Position numbers and translations under genes: made by a program. Below the pieces are notes generated by a model. It was given only the letters and a program-made list of their open reading frames with translations, had not been told where the DNA came from and searched no databases. A stretch of 64,000 nucleotides of DNA, from positions 4,358 to 68,357 of the forward strand of contig JANXAL010000127.1 of NCBI GenBank assembly GCA_025062325.1. The letters are read 5' to 3'. The DNA comes from Roseiflexus sp. GTDB lineage: Bacteria; Chloroflexota; Chloroflexia; Chloroflexales; Roseiflexaceae. Below are positions 21,663 through 31,415 of this stretch, piece by piece. Each line of letters starts with the position of its first letter. Position 1 is the first letter of the stretch.

Positions 21663-23039
21663 CTATGAAAGTTTCACAAAGTATGCATCGTATGCCCGAT
21701 CAAGCAGTTCACGCGACATTGACGGCGGTATGCCGCGATATTTGGCTTCATCAAGGATCTGGTCGCACAGATCGCGCGGGTGACAGGCGCGCAGCTCGCG
21801 CCCATCGCGTTTATAGCGTTCGAGGATCAGGTAGCGCAGCCCTTCATCGCTGTACGGAATATTCTTCGCCTTGGCGACGCGCTGAAAGATAGCACGAAAT
21901 TCCTCGGGCGTCGGGTTAGGCACCTCAATCTTGTGCCGGATGCGTCGTAGAAAGGCGTCGTCCACCAGATCCTGCGGCGAGAGGTTGGTCGAGAAGACAA
22001 TCAGCACATCGAAGGGCACCTGAATCTTTTTGCCAGTCTGAAGGGCGAGAAAATCGACTTTCTTCTCCAGCGGCACGATCCAGCGGTTGAGCAGATCTTG
22101 CGGACGACACTTTTGCCGACCGAAGTCGTCAATCAGGAACAACCCGCCATTGGCTTTCATCTGGTAGGGCGCTTCGTAGACTTTGGCGATTGGGTCGAAG
22201 ATCAGTTCGAGTTGTTCCAGAATCAACTCACCGCCGACCATCACCCGCGGCCGTTTGCAGACCAGCCAGCGTCGGTCGGGCAGCGGCGATTCGACTATCG
22301 GACGACCCTCGAATGAGACTGCCGGTTCGCGCATCGTGGCGGCGGGTTGCTCGACCACCTGGTGGTTGAGCGGGTCGAAGACCTTGATGATCTGCCCGTC
22401 AACCTCAACCGCATATGGAATCAGGACATGACCGCCGAGCATATTGGCGATCCCCTCGGCAATTGTTGTTTTCCCGTTGCCGGGAGGACCATAGAGGAAA
22501 AGTGAACGCGCCGAGTTTGCAGCAGGACCAATACGGTCGAGCATGCGCTCGCTGACGACGAGGTGCGCGAACGCCTGGCGCACAGTTTTCGCATCTACTA
22601 CCATGTCGCCGACCGACTGGCGATGAACCATGGCAACATACTGGTCAAGAGGAACAGGCGCCGGTCCGGCGTACTGTGAACGATCCAGCACCTCGTGGAC
22701 TTTCAGACGTCCTTTGGTTGCAACCACATACTGGAATGATCGTTCATTGAAGCCGCCCTGAGCGCCGACGATATCGACATACTCTTCCAGTTTGAGAAAC
22801 TCGAGCACTTTATCGAGCACGCCGAAGAACGGCAGTTTCGTCACCTCAGCAATCTGCTGCCCTGTGATATTGCCGTGGAAGTAGATGACCTTCAGCACCA
22901 GGTCGTTCAGAAACCCCATGCTGAGACCGGTTTCCTCGATCGAAGTCGGCTCCGGCGGGACGGCGACGCCAGCCGTGGCGCCAGCCGGAGATGCCGCTGT
23001 GCGCTGCCTGTCTGCGAACTGCTGCGAGAAAAAGCTCAT
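21663..23039 (-). CDS. AAA+ ATPase with ~170-aa N-terminal (winged-helix-like) domain
   Basis: Walker A LFLYGPPGNGKTTIAEGIANML, Walker B GGLFLIDDFG (DnaC/IstB-like DD box). 15 nt upstream of cpaF. ATGA-coupled to the upstream duplicated-domain gene. Confidence 0.7.
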   Translation of the reverse strand: MSFFSQQFADRQRTAASPAGATAGVAVPPEPTSIEETGLSMGFLNDLVLKVIYFHGNITGQQIAEVTKLPFFGVLDKVLEFLKLEEYVDIVGAQGGFNERSFQYVVATKGRLKVHEVLDRSQYAGPAPVPLDQYVAMVHRQSVGDMVVDAKTVRQAFAHLVVSERMLDRIGPAANSARSLFLYGPPGNGKTTIAEGIANMLGGHVLIPYAVEVDGQIIKVFDPLNHQVVEQPAATMREPAVSFEGRPIVESPLPDRRWLVCKRPRVMVGGELILEQLELIFDPIAKVYEAPYQMKANGGLFLIDDFGRQKCRPQDLLNRWIVPLEKKVDFLALQTGKKIQVPFDVLIVFSTNLSPQDLVDDAFLRRIRHKIEVPNPTPEEFRAIFQRVAKAKNIPYSDEGLRYLILERYKRDGRELRACHPRDLCDQILDEAKYRGIPPSMSRELLDRAYDAYFVKLS

Positions 23040-23728
23040 GCCGACCCCTCCGTCGAACGAACTGGCAGCCAGGGAACGTCGCTGGCGCGTATCACAGCAT
23101 CGATAGGCGCGACAAGATCGATCGCCTGACGACCGATGAGCAAGAAACTGGCGTGGTAGAGCAGCGCATTGTCGCTCACCCGAAAGACGCGGGCGTCGGT
23201 CATTGGCAGGTAACGCGCCTGTTCGTCGTTGAGCTCATCTTTCAATCGCCAGTCGGGGCGCACGTAAAGGTAGCCAAGCACTGCCAGATCGCCGCCGCGC
23301 ACCACGCACAAAACCGCGTCCTTTGGCGTGCGTACTGTGAAATACTTGCCACGCTCGTTTACGTGCACCCCCAGATCGTCATTGTCGCGGATCAGCGGCA
23401 TGGGTTCAGCGGTCGGATCGATCCACGGAACCTCACGAACCGCTGCCAGCGCGTCGAGTTCGCTGATCAGAAGGATGTCGCGGTACGCAGCCAGCAGGAA
23501 CGATGTCTGCAGCAGAAAACTCTCATCGTCTGCCCGATAGACGCGGGCGTTGGTGATGGGGAGGAAGGCGGACGTATCGCCGTTCAACTCGTCGGTCAGG
23601 CGATTGCCAGGTCGCACATAGACCGATCCGACGATCACTTTCCCCGGTGTACGCACAAAGGCGGTCACGGCATCTTTGGTGATCCGCGGGGTAAAGAATT
23701 TGCCCTTTTCGTCAATCCGTACTTCCAT
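23036..23728 (-). CDS. Hypothetical protein with internal tandem duplication (2 x ~100-aa unit), family unrecognised
   Basis: Repeat 1 IDEKGKFFTPRITKDAVTAFVR...YVRPGNRLTDELN...LPITNARVYRADDESFLLQTSFLL aligns with repeat 2 VNERGKYFTVRTPKDAVLCVVR...YVRPDWRLKDELN...LPMTDARVFRVSDNALLYHASFLL. Strong SD GGAGAGGAAG. Stop overlaps the AAA+ start. Confidence 0.5.
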   Translation of the reverse strand: MEVRIDEKGKFFTPRITKDAVTAFVRTPGKVIVGSVYVRPGNRLTDELNGDTSAFLPITNARVYRADDESFLLQTSFLLAAYRDILLISELDALAAVREVPWIDPTAEPMPLIRDNDDLGVHVNERGKYFTVRTPKDAVLCVVRGGDLAVLGYLYVRPDWRLKDELNDEQARYLPMTDARVFRVSDNALLYHASFLLIGRQAIDLVAPIDAVIRASDVPWLPVRSTEGSA

Positions 23729-23789
23729 ACCGCTTCCTCTCCATCAGGCAACGGACAAGAAGGCGCCCTGATCGCCAGCGACAAACAGA

Positions 23790-23820
23790 GAACCGGACGT
23801 ATATGTTATACGTCCGGTTC
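23790..23820 (-). terminator. Perfect 14-bp stem / 3-nt loop hairpin between the TPR gene and the duplicated-domain gene
   Basis: gaaccggacgtata-tgt-tatacgtccggttc. On the minus strand it is followed by CUCUGUUUGU. 68 nt downstream of the TPR stop. Confidence 0.5.
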
Positions 23821-23887
23821 CAGTATAGATGACGGGTATGCCGGATGGCAATAGTACGGCAGCGCTACATGCTCATAGGAATGCTGT

Positions 23888-24745
23888 CTATTCCTCGATC
23901 AGATCCTCGTCGTCGCCGATGTCCGGCTCGATTTCCTCCAGCCCAAGTTCTTCATCTTCACTGCCGAAGACTTCTTCGTCCACATCCTCGCGCACTTCGA
24001 CACTTTCCTCTTCTTCAAGCAACTCCTCGCCAAACTCGTCGAACTGCGCACTGCTCATCAATGCACCGCGGAGAGCGCTCTCGCTCAGATTGCCGGGGAA
24101 GGACACACGCCCGCGCTGCGATGGCGCTTGGTAGATCTCACGGATGATGATCCGAACCTGACGACCATCGGTGCGGGCCACTGCAGCGATATACCGGTTG
24201 CCGCCTGCCATCAGTTCACGCAAACGTTGCGCCAGTTTCGGTTCGATGTAGCCAACCAGCATGCCGGACGTGTCGTAGACCGCCACTCTGCGCCCTTCAA
24301 GACGCAGTTCCACCTTCTCGCCTGTAACAATCGTTGCAAGCGCTGGCCCGCGTTGAACATCAACGAGCGTTGTCAACGCCGTCTTTCCGACTTCGGTGAT
24401 AAACAACCGCAGGTCGACCAGTTGACGTCCGGTTTTCAGCGGACCTGGGAGGGACGCCGACTTTGCCAGCAGTTCCTCAATACGTTCGAGATTGCGGCGC
24501 GCGATACGATTGTTTGGCGCAAGGCGGAGCGCATTGCGATAAGCGTCGCGCGCTTCAGTAAGACGCCCTAACTCAAAGTACGCCTTGCCGAGACGATTGT
24601 AGGTTTCGGGCGCTTCCGCCAGGCTGATCAGTTTTTCATTGACCTGCGCCGCCTCTGCCCAGCGGCTCCGCGCTGCCAGCTCGACCGCCTGGTTTTGCAG
24701 GCGGCGTTGCAGGCGAACTTTTTCGTCCTGTTTTGTCAATGCCAT
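23888..24745 (-). CDS. TPR-repeat protein with highly acidic C-terminal tail
   Basis: TPR-like helical repeats (YNRLGKAYFELGRLTEARDAYRNALRLAPNN) and a C-terminal EEEESVEVREDVDEEVFGSEDEELGLEEIEPDIGDDEDLIEE tail. ATG 24745 with AGGGAG SD chosen; the track's GTG 24769 would overlap the upstream gene. Confidence 0.55.
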   Translation of the reverse strand: MALTKQDEKVRLQRRLQNQAVELAARSRWAEAAQVNEKLISLAEAPETYNRLGKAYFELGRLTEARDAYRNALRLAPNNRIARRNLERIEELLAKSASLPGPLKTGRQLVDLRLFITEVGKTALTTLVDVQRGPALATIVTGEKVELRLEGRRVAVYDTSGMLVGYIEPKLAQRLRELMAGGNRYIAAVARTDGRQVRIIIREIYQAPSQRGRVSFPGNLSESALRGALMSSAQFDEFGEELLEEEESVEVREDVDEEVFGSEDEELGLEEIEPDIGDDEDLIEE

Positions 24746-24753
24746 CTCCCTAA

Positions 24754-25593
24754 TCACATATGAGGGCACGTGCCCGGATTATTGATACAGGTCAACAGCG
24801 CAATAAAGGCGATGCCGTTATTGATTGCGTGAGCGACCATCGCTGGAATCAGGCTGCCGCTGCGATCGAATCCCCAGGCAAACACCAGACCGATCAGGAA
24901 CGATGGCACGAGCAGCCCGATGAGACCTTCGGTAGCAGCTAGCGAGTGCGATAGGGCGAACACTAGGGCGCTGATGCCGTAGGCAATAGCGATGCCCGTG
25001 CGCGAATCGCCTGCGAGCCGTCGCAGCGAGCCGAAGAGATAGCCGCGAAACAGCACCTCTTCGCCAATCGGGGCCAGCACTGCCGCTCCGATAAAGAACA
25101 GCGCCTGCCCTACATAATCCCCTGGAAACAGCGGGTAGAGCGCCGCCTGGTTCTGGCGAACGCCGAAACTGACGAACAGCACGCCGACAATGCCATTAAG
25201 GAGGAGCGCCAGCAGCCCCAATCCGATCCCAAACAGGACCAATCGGAATGGATGCGGGGCGCTCAACCCCAGCACGGCCAATGGCTCGCGGCGTAGCACC
25301 CGCACCCGCACGACTGCAACGCTGATGAAAATCAGGTTTTGCAGCACCAGCAGCGCCAGCATGCCATCGGCGCCGATCAGTTGAGCAATCTCGCGGGTGT
25401 TCAGTTGATCGATGGCGCCGAGGTCGATGCCTGCCTGCGTGGCGCGCAGGATCAGGAGCACGCCGACGACCGCTCCACTAAGCGCAAGCGCCATACCGAG
25501 CGCGATGAGCAAATCGGCTGCCAAAGCGCCAATCGCAGCACGCGGCGAAACACGCAGCGGCGGATGCGACGCTGGCGCGTTGAGCGTATTCAT
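24754..25593 (-). CDS. CPBP-family intramembrane metalloprotease (CAAX protease/Abi)
   Basis: EExxFRG motif (GEEVLFRGYLFG), FxxxH and HAxNN motifs (VFALSHS...AMVAHAINN). ATG 25593 overlaps the miaB stop by 1 nt. Confidence 0.7.
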   Translation of the reverse strand: MNTLNAPASHPPLRVSPRAAIGALAADLLIALGMALALSGAVVGVLLILRATQAGIDLGAIDQLNTREIAQLIGADGMLALLVLQNLIFISVAVVRVRVLRREPLAVLGLSAPHPFRLVLFGIGLGLLALLLNGIVGVLFVSFGVRQNQAALYPLFPGDYVGQALFFIGAAVLAPIGEEVLFRGYLFGSLRRLAGDSRTGIAIAYGISALVFALSHSLAATEGLIGLLVPSFLIGLVFAWGFDRSGSLIPAMVAHAINNGIAFIALLTCINNPGTCPHM

Positions 25594-27035
25594 CAGGCGA
25601 CTGCTCCCTGTGCCGCAGGAACGTTTTCCAACATGTTCAGAACGCCATCCGGCGTCAGCGACGACTCTGAAGGCTGCACCAGAACACCCTGCAACGACCA
25701 TGGACTGGTGCGAGTGATGCGCACCTTCACCAACTGGCCCGTCCAGTCGCGCGGATCGCTGAAGAAGACCAGTTTGTTGCCCGGCGTGCGTCCGCGCCAC
25801 TTACCCTTGTGCTCGCCTTCAACCAGCACTTCGACTGTCTGATGCAGGAAGCGGGCATTACGCTCAGTTGCAATCTGCTCCTGAAGACGCTCGAGTTCGA
25901 TGCGTCGCAGTTGCTTTTCGCCCTCAGGCACTGCCAGCGCCGGATCGAGTTCCATTTCAGCGGCGCGTGTGCCGGGGCGCGCCGAGAATGCCGCGATGTG
26001 CACCTTATCGAACCGGATCTCTTCGAGCAACCGCTTCGTACCTTCAAACCGCTCGCGCGTTTCGCCCGGATGCCCGACGATCACATCGGTCGTCAGCGAC
26101 ACGTCCGGGATGGCATTGCGGATCTTTGCAATCAGTTCACGGTAGCGCTGAACCGTATAGCCGCGCCGCATGATCTTGAGCAACGCATCGTCGCCCGCCT
26201 GCACTGGCAGATTGATATCCGGCATGCAGCGCGGCAGTTCCGCCACTGCTGCAATCAGGCGGTCGGTCATCCACGCCGGATGCGACGTCAGGAAGCGCAG
26301 CCGCAGCAAGCCAGGGATTTCATGAACCGCGCGCAGCAGGTCTGCCAGGTCGGGACGTCCGGGCAGATCGTGTCCCCACGAGTCGACGATCTGCCCAAGC
26401 AGCGTGATCTCTTTCGCGCCGCGCGCCACGATCCGGCGGCACTCTTCAACGATTTCTTCGAGCGGTCGGCTGCGTTCGCGCCCGCGCCGCAGCGGGATGA
26501 CGCAGAATGAGCACGACATGTTACAGCCGTACTGGATCGGCACATGAACCGAGACCGGTGGACGATCCCAACGCGCCACCGGCAGCGCCGGCTCATCAAG
26601 CTGATAGATCGGATTGGGCGCCAGCGCCAGCACTTCATCAACCGCCGACGGCGACACAAAATGGTCCACCATTGGCAGGCGGCTCTGGAAGATGGACTGA
26701 TTGCCGGGACCGACCATGCATCCCCAGAGAACGACCTTCGTATCGGGATACTTGCGCTTGATGCGCTGCACCTCGCTCAGCTTGCCCAGGATGCGCTCTT
26801 CGGCGGACGCGCGCACGCTGCACGAGTTAAGCACGATGAAACTCGCGTCTTCCGGACGCTCAGCAGGCGCATACCCGACCCCTTGCAGCGCCGCTTCTAG
26901 GCGCTCGGAGTCGGACACATTCATCTGGCAGCCAACCGTCCAGACATAATAGCGGCGCTCACGCGGCGTCGCGTCGCGCGACTGGTCGGCAGCGCGCACT
27001 TCCTCCGGCAGATGCAATGTGATAACGTCGGTCAT
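25593..27035 (-). CDS. miaB: tRNA-i6A37 methylthiotransferase MiaB (radical SAM MTTase)
   Basis: N-terminal MTTase cysteines (VWTVGCQMNVSDSE...), radical-SAM CNMSCSFC, C-terminal TRAM domain. Confidence 0.85.
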   Translation of the reverse strand: MTDVITLHLPEEVRAADQSRDATPRERRYYVWTVGCQMNVSDSERLEAALQGVGYAPAERPEDASFIVLNSCSVRASAEERILGKLSEVQRIKRKYPDTKVVLWGCMVGPGNQSIFQSRLPMVDHFVSPSAVDEVLALAPNPIYQLDEPALPVARWDRPPVSVHVPIQYGCNMSCSFCVIPLRRGRERSRPLEEIVEECRRIVARGAKEITLLGQIVDSWGHDLPGRPDLADLLRAVHEIPGLLRLRFLTSHPAWMTDRLIAAVAELPRCMPDINLPVQAGDDALLKIMRRGYTVQRYRELIAKIRNAIPDVSLTTDVIVGHPGETRERFEGTKRLLEEIRFDKVHIAAFSARPGTRAAEMELDPALAVPEGEKQLRRIELERLQEQIATERNARFLHQTVEVLVEGEHKGKWRGRTPGNKLVFFSDPRDWTGQLVKVRITRTSPWSLQGVLVQPSESSLTPDGVLNMLENVPAAQGAVA

Positions 27036-27215
27036 CTGTCATTCTCGTCATCTGGCGCTTTCACGCTCAAGACGCTTCGTAGCGTTCTTTCCACAGACTG
27101 CCATTATAGCGAAAATTCGGATCAGGGGCAAGAACGGAGTTGTACGAGCAACACTCAGGGATATGCCGCACGTCTAACCGGTATGGTTGCCACACGTGGA
27201 GAAGGAGAAACCATC

Positions 27216-27872
27216 ATGCCTGCTCTGGCGCAGAGTCACCCGTCGAGGCGAGGGCTGATCCACACCTATCCCGTCGTTGCGTATTTCCTGATCGCTTACG
27301 CTTTCTCGTGGCTGATCGGCGGGGTGCTGATCGCCAGCTATCACGGCCTTGCGACGGCGCCGACGTGGTTGCACTACGTGAGCGCATTCGGTCCGACGGC
27401 GGCAGCGATCATCGTCACTGCTGCGCTCGATGGGCGCGCCGGTCTGATGGATCTGTGGCAGCGCGTCGTTCGCGCGGATGTCGGTCTGCGCTGGTGGCTG
27501 GTCGCGGCGGGAACGCCGCTTACGCTCGCCATCGTTGCAGCCGCAGTCTATGAGGTCGAACAGGGCGCACTGCCGGATATCGCGCTGTTTGGCGAGGTGG
27601 ACTATCTGGGGAACATTGGCGCGCTGGCGGCGCTGGGGTTGTGGATTGCGACCTATGGGTTCGGGGAAGAGATCGGATGGCGCGGAAGCGGGAACAGCAT
27701 TCTGATGGTCGCCCTGTGGCACGGGCTGTTCGATTTCGTCAGCGCCTCGCCGGTGGCGGCAGGGAGCGCCAATGCGGTCCTCAGCATCGTCGTTGTTACG
27801 TGGGTGATCATCATCCTGTGGCGGGCGCGGAGCGATCAGCGGGTTTTGCGCGCTGACGCGCCGGATCATTGA
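27216..27872 (+). CDS. CPBP-family intramembrane metalloprotease (second copy)
   Basis: GEEIGWRG motif plus distal His motifs (LWHGLFDF). GAAGGAG SD before ATG 27216. The track ORF start at 27012 overlaps miaB and is unlikely. Confidence 0.6.
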   Translation: MPALAQSHPSRRGLIHTYPVVAYFLIAYAFSWLIGGVLIASYHGLATAPTWLHYVSAFGPTAAAIIVTAALDGRAGLMDLWQRVVRADVGLRWWLVAAGTPLTLAIVAAAVYEVEQGALPDIALFGEVDYLGNIGALAALGLWIATYGFGEEIGWRGSGNSILMVALWHGLFDFVSASPVAAGSANAVLSIVVVTWVIIILWRARSDQRVLRADAPDH

Positions 27873-28043
27873 GCGCCTATCCGAACATCACGCGCTGCCA
27901 GCAATCTTCTGTGGCACAGAGAGACTGCTTCGCTTTGATCGCCATGGTGCCCGACCATCACGTGCTCGGATAGGCTCTGAGCCGCACGACAAACGCAGGA
28001 ATGGTATAATGTTGCCGGATCCGCTCTTATCCGCATTACGCTT

Positions 28044-28553
28044 ATGAGCCATCAGGATCACGAAAAGATCGCCCGGTCCGCCATTTCGTCGGTGAAATGC
28101 GGCATCATCACGATCAGCGACACGCGCACTCCAGAGACCGACACAGGCGGCGCGATCATTCGCGCCGGTCTCGAGGGCGCGGGGCACACGGTGTTGCGCT
28201 ACATCGTCGTTAAGGATGAGCCAGCACAGATCGTGGATCACGTGCGCGACTTCGCCGCTGCCGGATGTCAGGTGATCATCACGAGCGGCGGCACCGGCAT
28301 CGCCCGGCGCGACAGCACGTTCGAGGCAATTGATGCGTTGCTCGAAAAGCGCATGCCCGGCTTTGGCGAGATCTTTCGCATGCTGTCGTACCAGGACATC
28401 GGACCGGCGGCGATGCTCTCGCGCGCCACGGCTGGCGTCTTTCAACGGTCGTTGATCTTCTGTCTGCCCGGTTCGCCAGCTGCCGTGCGCCTGGGGATGG
28501 AAAAGCTTATTTTGCCGGAACTGGCGCATCTGGTGTGGGAAACTATCCGTTGA
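28044..28553 (+). CDS. Molybdenum cofactor biosynthesis protein MogA/MoaB
   Basis: MogA/MoaB fold motifs (CGIITISDTR...GGTGIARRDSTFEA...CLPGSPAA). 169 aa. Confidence 0.75.
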   Translation: MSHQDHEKIARSAISSVKCGIITISDTRTPETDTGGAIIRAGLEGAGHTVLRYIVVKDEPAQIVDHVRDFAAAGCQVIITSGGTGIARRDSTFEAIDALLEKRMPGFGEIFRMLSYQDIGPAAMLSRATAGVFQRSLIFCLPGSPAAVRLGMEKLILPELAHLVWETIR

Positions 28554-28580
28554 ACGCGCAGAGCGTTCGAGGAACTGGCT

Positions 28581-29195
28581 GTGGTTCGCTGGATACTGCT
28601 CAAACTCATCCGTTTCTATCAGATATTCATCTCACCGGCCCTTCCGCCAAGTTGCATCTATGAGCCGAGCTGCTCGAAATACACCTACCAGGCGATTGCA
28701 CGGCACGGCGCGCTCAAGGGAACGTACCTCGGCATCCGTCGCATTCTGCGGTGCCACCCATGGGCGCAGGGAGGGTACGACCCGGTGCCGGAAGAGGGCG
28801 CGGTGATCTTCGCGTTTCGGCCGTTGCCGCCATTGCGTCTTCTGAACGGTCGTCGCGCGAATGGAATGCCATCCGCAGCGGAAGCCGTCAGTTGCCAGGC
28901 GCGCGAAGCCGCACTGCAAGAATGGGCGCAGGCGCTGGCAGAACAGCACCCGGAGGTGGTGCGCATTGGATACGCCGATTTGCCAGCGCAGACCGGCGGC
29001 AAGACGGCCGTGCTGCTGATTGTTGCGCAGGCGGACCTCCCCTTTGAGCAGCGCGCCGCCGCGTGGGACGCAAACCCGCTGCCCGTTCCCGCCGATCTGA
29101 TGGTCTACACCCTCGATGAATGGCAGCGCATGCCGCGCGATGGCCGATTTATGCGGGTTGTGGAGCGTAAGGCGCGCTGGGTGTTTGAACGTTGA
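28581..29195 (+). CDS. yidD: YidD (membrane protein insertion efficiency factor) fused to a ~130-aa C-terminal domain of unknown function
   Basis: N-terminal ~70 aa match YidD ([62 protein letters not shown]). Single uninterrupted ORF continues for a further 130 aa. Confidence 0.6.
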   Translation: MVRWILLKLIRFYQIFISPALPPSCIYEPSCSKYTYQAIARHGALKGTYLGIRRILRCHPWAQGGYDPVPEEGAVIFAFRPLPPLRLLNGRRANGMPSAAEAVSCQAREAALQEWAQALAEQHPEVVRIGYADLPAQTGGKTAVLLIVAQADLPFEQRAAAWDANPLPVPADLMVYTLDEWQRMPRDGRFMRVVERKARWVFER

Positions 29196-29201
29196 ACGCG
29201 A

Positions 29202-30140
29202 TTATCCCAACCGTTCCCCGCCAGTCAATCGTAGGCCGCGGCGCCAGTCGACGGCAGGAAGCGGACGTTTGCCAGCCGGCTGGACCGTCTCCAGCACCAG
29301 CAATCCTTCGCCGGTCACCACTGCCGGACCTTCCGCTGTATCCAGGAGCGTGCCGGGGGGCGCGTCGCCGTGCCAGTCGGCGATGACGCGCGCAGCGATG
29401 ATTTTGAGCGGTGCGCCGCGCCACGTTGTGGTTGCGCCAGGCCATGGATCGTAGGCGCGTGTCATCCGTTCAATGTGGATAGCAGGTTGCGACCAGTCGA
29501 TAATCCCATCCTCGCGCGAGAGCAGTTTCGTGAAGGTGGCGCGGGTATGATCCTGCGGTTGGGGAGTAATGTCCCCTGCTACGTAAGCGTCCAGCGTGTC
29601 AACCAGCATGTCCGCACCGATTTTGAACAGTTCATACGTCACAGGACCGGTGCGCGCGTCTGGAGGAAGCGGCACGACGCGCTGCGCCAGAATGGGCCCG
29701 GCGTCCATTTTCGCCTCGATGAGCATAATGGTCACTCCGGTTTCCGTATCTCCATTGAGGATCGCGCTGGCGACAGGGGAGGGGCCGCGGTAGAGCGGCA
29801 GGAGCGAGGGATGAATATTGACATACCCGAACGGCGGAATGGCGAGCACATCGCGGCGCAGGATCTCGCCATATGCAGCGACGATGCCGACATCGGGGCG
29901 CAGGTCTGCCAGGGCTGCGACGGCTGCGGGATCGCGCAGCGTCTCAGGGGTCAGTACTGGCAATCCTAGGCGAAGCGCGGCCTGTTTGACTGGCGTTGCC
30001 GCTAGCGTCTTTCCCCGACCGGCTGGACGATCCGGCTGTGTCACAACGCCTGCCACCTGATACCTGGGATCGGCGACCAGGCGTTCGAGCGGGAGAACGG
30101 CAAATGCCGGACTGCCAAGAAAAACGACTCTCAATGCCAT
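29202..30140 (-). CDS. fmt: Methionyl-tRNA formyltransferase
   Basis: MALRVVFLGSPAFAV..., HPSLLPLYRGPSP motif. 313 aa from ATG 30140; the track ORF extends further 5' without support. Confidence 0.85.
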   Translation of the reverse strand: MALRVVFLGSPAFAVLPLERLVADPRYQVAGVVTQPDRPAGRGKTLAATPVKQAALRLGLPVLTPETLRDPAAVAALADLRPDVGIVAAYGEILRRDVLAIPPFGYVNIHPSLLPLYRGPSPVASAILNGDTETGVTIMLIEAKMDAGPILAQRVVPLPPDARTGPVTYELFKIGADMLVDTLDAYVAGDITPQPQDHTRATFTKLLSREDGIIDWSQPAIHIERMTRAYDPWPGATTTWRGAPLKIIAARVIADWHGDAPPGTLLDTAEGPAVVTGEGLLVLETVQPAGKRPLPAVDWRRGLRLTGGERLG

Positions 30141-30461
30141 TGGCGCACCTGCTGATTGCGCAACGTTGCACGAAATCGGACTATGTTTGGCATGCACAGA
30201 ACACGGTTCACGCGGAGACAACGGAGACACGGATGTGCTTGAAGACCGTTGTTCAGTGTGAGTCCGTCTCAATCGTTCAAATCTGCGGGCTCTCAACCAA
30301 CCGGAATGTTCAAACGCTTTGCCGATGCAGGATGGCGCCTGTGCAATCCGTGCGTATTGCACAGCCCATGAAGCGTGTAGTATAATACACCAAAGTGACG
30401 CTAGCGCGGTGCAGACCTCCTGTATCGCGCGCACCGCATACAGAAAGAGCGCGAGTCGCTA

Positions 30462-31415
30462 ATGCACGCTATTGTATACGACGGCAAACTGCGTCAGGTC
30501 GACGATTATCCTCGACCGGTGCTGCGTGCTGGCGAGGCGCTCATTCGCCCCACTCTGGTTGGCATCTGCAATACCGATATCGAAATCACGCGCGGCTACA
30601 TGAACTTTCGCGGCGTGCTGGGACACGAATTTGTCGGTGTTGTCATCGCCTGCGAAGACGCAGCATGGATTGGACAGCGCGTGGTTGGCGAGATCAATGC
30701 GGCATGCCGCACATGCGCAGTATGCCGGCGTGGTGACGAGAGTCACTGTCCCAATCGCACAACTCTTGGCATCGACCGGCGGGACGGCGCAATGGCGGAG
30801 TTGTTCAGTCTGCCGATTGCCTGCCTTCATCGCGTGCCGGACCGAATGTCCGACTCGGTGGCAGTGTTCACTGAACCGGTCGCAGCAGCGCTTGAAATCC
30901 TCCAACAGATCCATCTGCACCCGACCGATCAGGTTGCTGTGGTCGGCGATGGCAAACTCGGTCTCTTGTGTGTTCAGGCGGCGCGCCTCCCAGGATGTGA
31001 GGTCACGTTGGTTGGCAAGCATCCAGAGCGTTGGGAGTTTCTGGAGGGCATGGCGATTCGCGCGATGCATGTCGATGCACTGGATGCGGCCCATCAGGCG
31101 CGGTTCGATGTTGTGATCGATTGCACTGGTCATCCGCGCGGATTTCACGTCGCACGCCAACTCGTGCGCCCGCGCGGATGTCTGGTTATGAAGAGCACAT
31201 TTGCCGCCGAATCGGAGTGTAATCTGACAATGCTAGTGGTTGATGAGATTCGCCTGATCGGGTCGCGCTGCGGTCCATTTGCGGCGGCGCTGCGCGCACT
31301 GGATGGCGGGTTGATAGCAACAGCGCCACTGATCGCAGCACGATTTCCTCTGCACGATGGCTTACGGGCATTTGCCGCCGCGACGGGTCGATTGAAGGTG
31401 TTGCTGGAGGTGTGA
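30462..31415 (+). CDS. Zinc-dependent alcohol dehydrogenase (MDR family, threonine/sorbitol DH-like)
   Basis: GHEFVGVV catalytic Zn motif, structural Zn cysteines (CRTCAVCRRGDESHC), NAD-binding VVGDGKLGLL. Confidence 0.75.
   Translation: MHAIVYDGKLRQVDDYPRPVLRAGEALIRPTLVGICNTDIEITRGYMNFRGVLGHEFVGVVIACEDAAWIGQRVVGEINAACRTCAVCRRGDESHCPNRTTLGIDRRDGAMAELFSLPIACLHRVPDRMSDSVAVFTEPVAAALEILQQIHLHPTDQVAVVGDGKLGLLCVQAARLPGCEVTLVGKHPERWEFLEGMAIRAMHVDALDAAHQARFDVVIDCTGHPRGFHVARQLVRPRGCLVMKSTFAAESECNLTMLVVDEIRLIGSRCGPFAAALRALDGGLIATAPLIAARFPLHDGLRAFAAATGRLKVLLEV

Noticed and set aside
27888-28529. 213-aa minus-strand ORF
   Set aside because: Fully antisense to the well-supported mogA/moaB gene (28044-28553). 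Arg/His-rich, no family resemblance. Typical high-GC shadow ORF.
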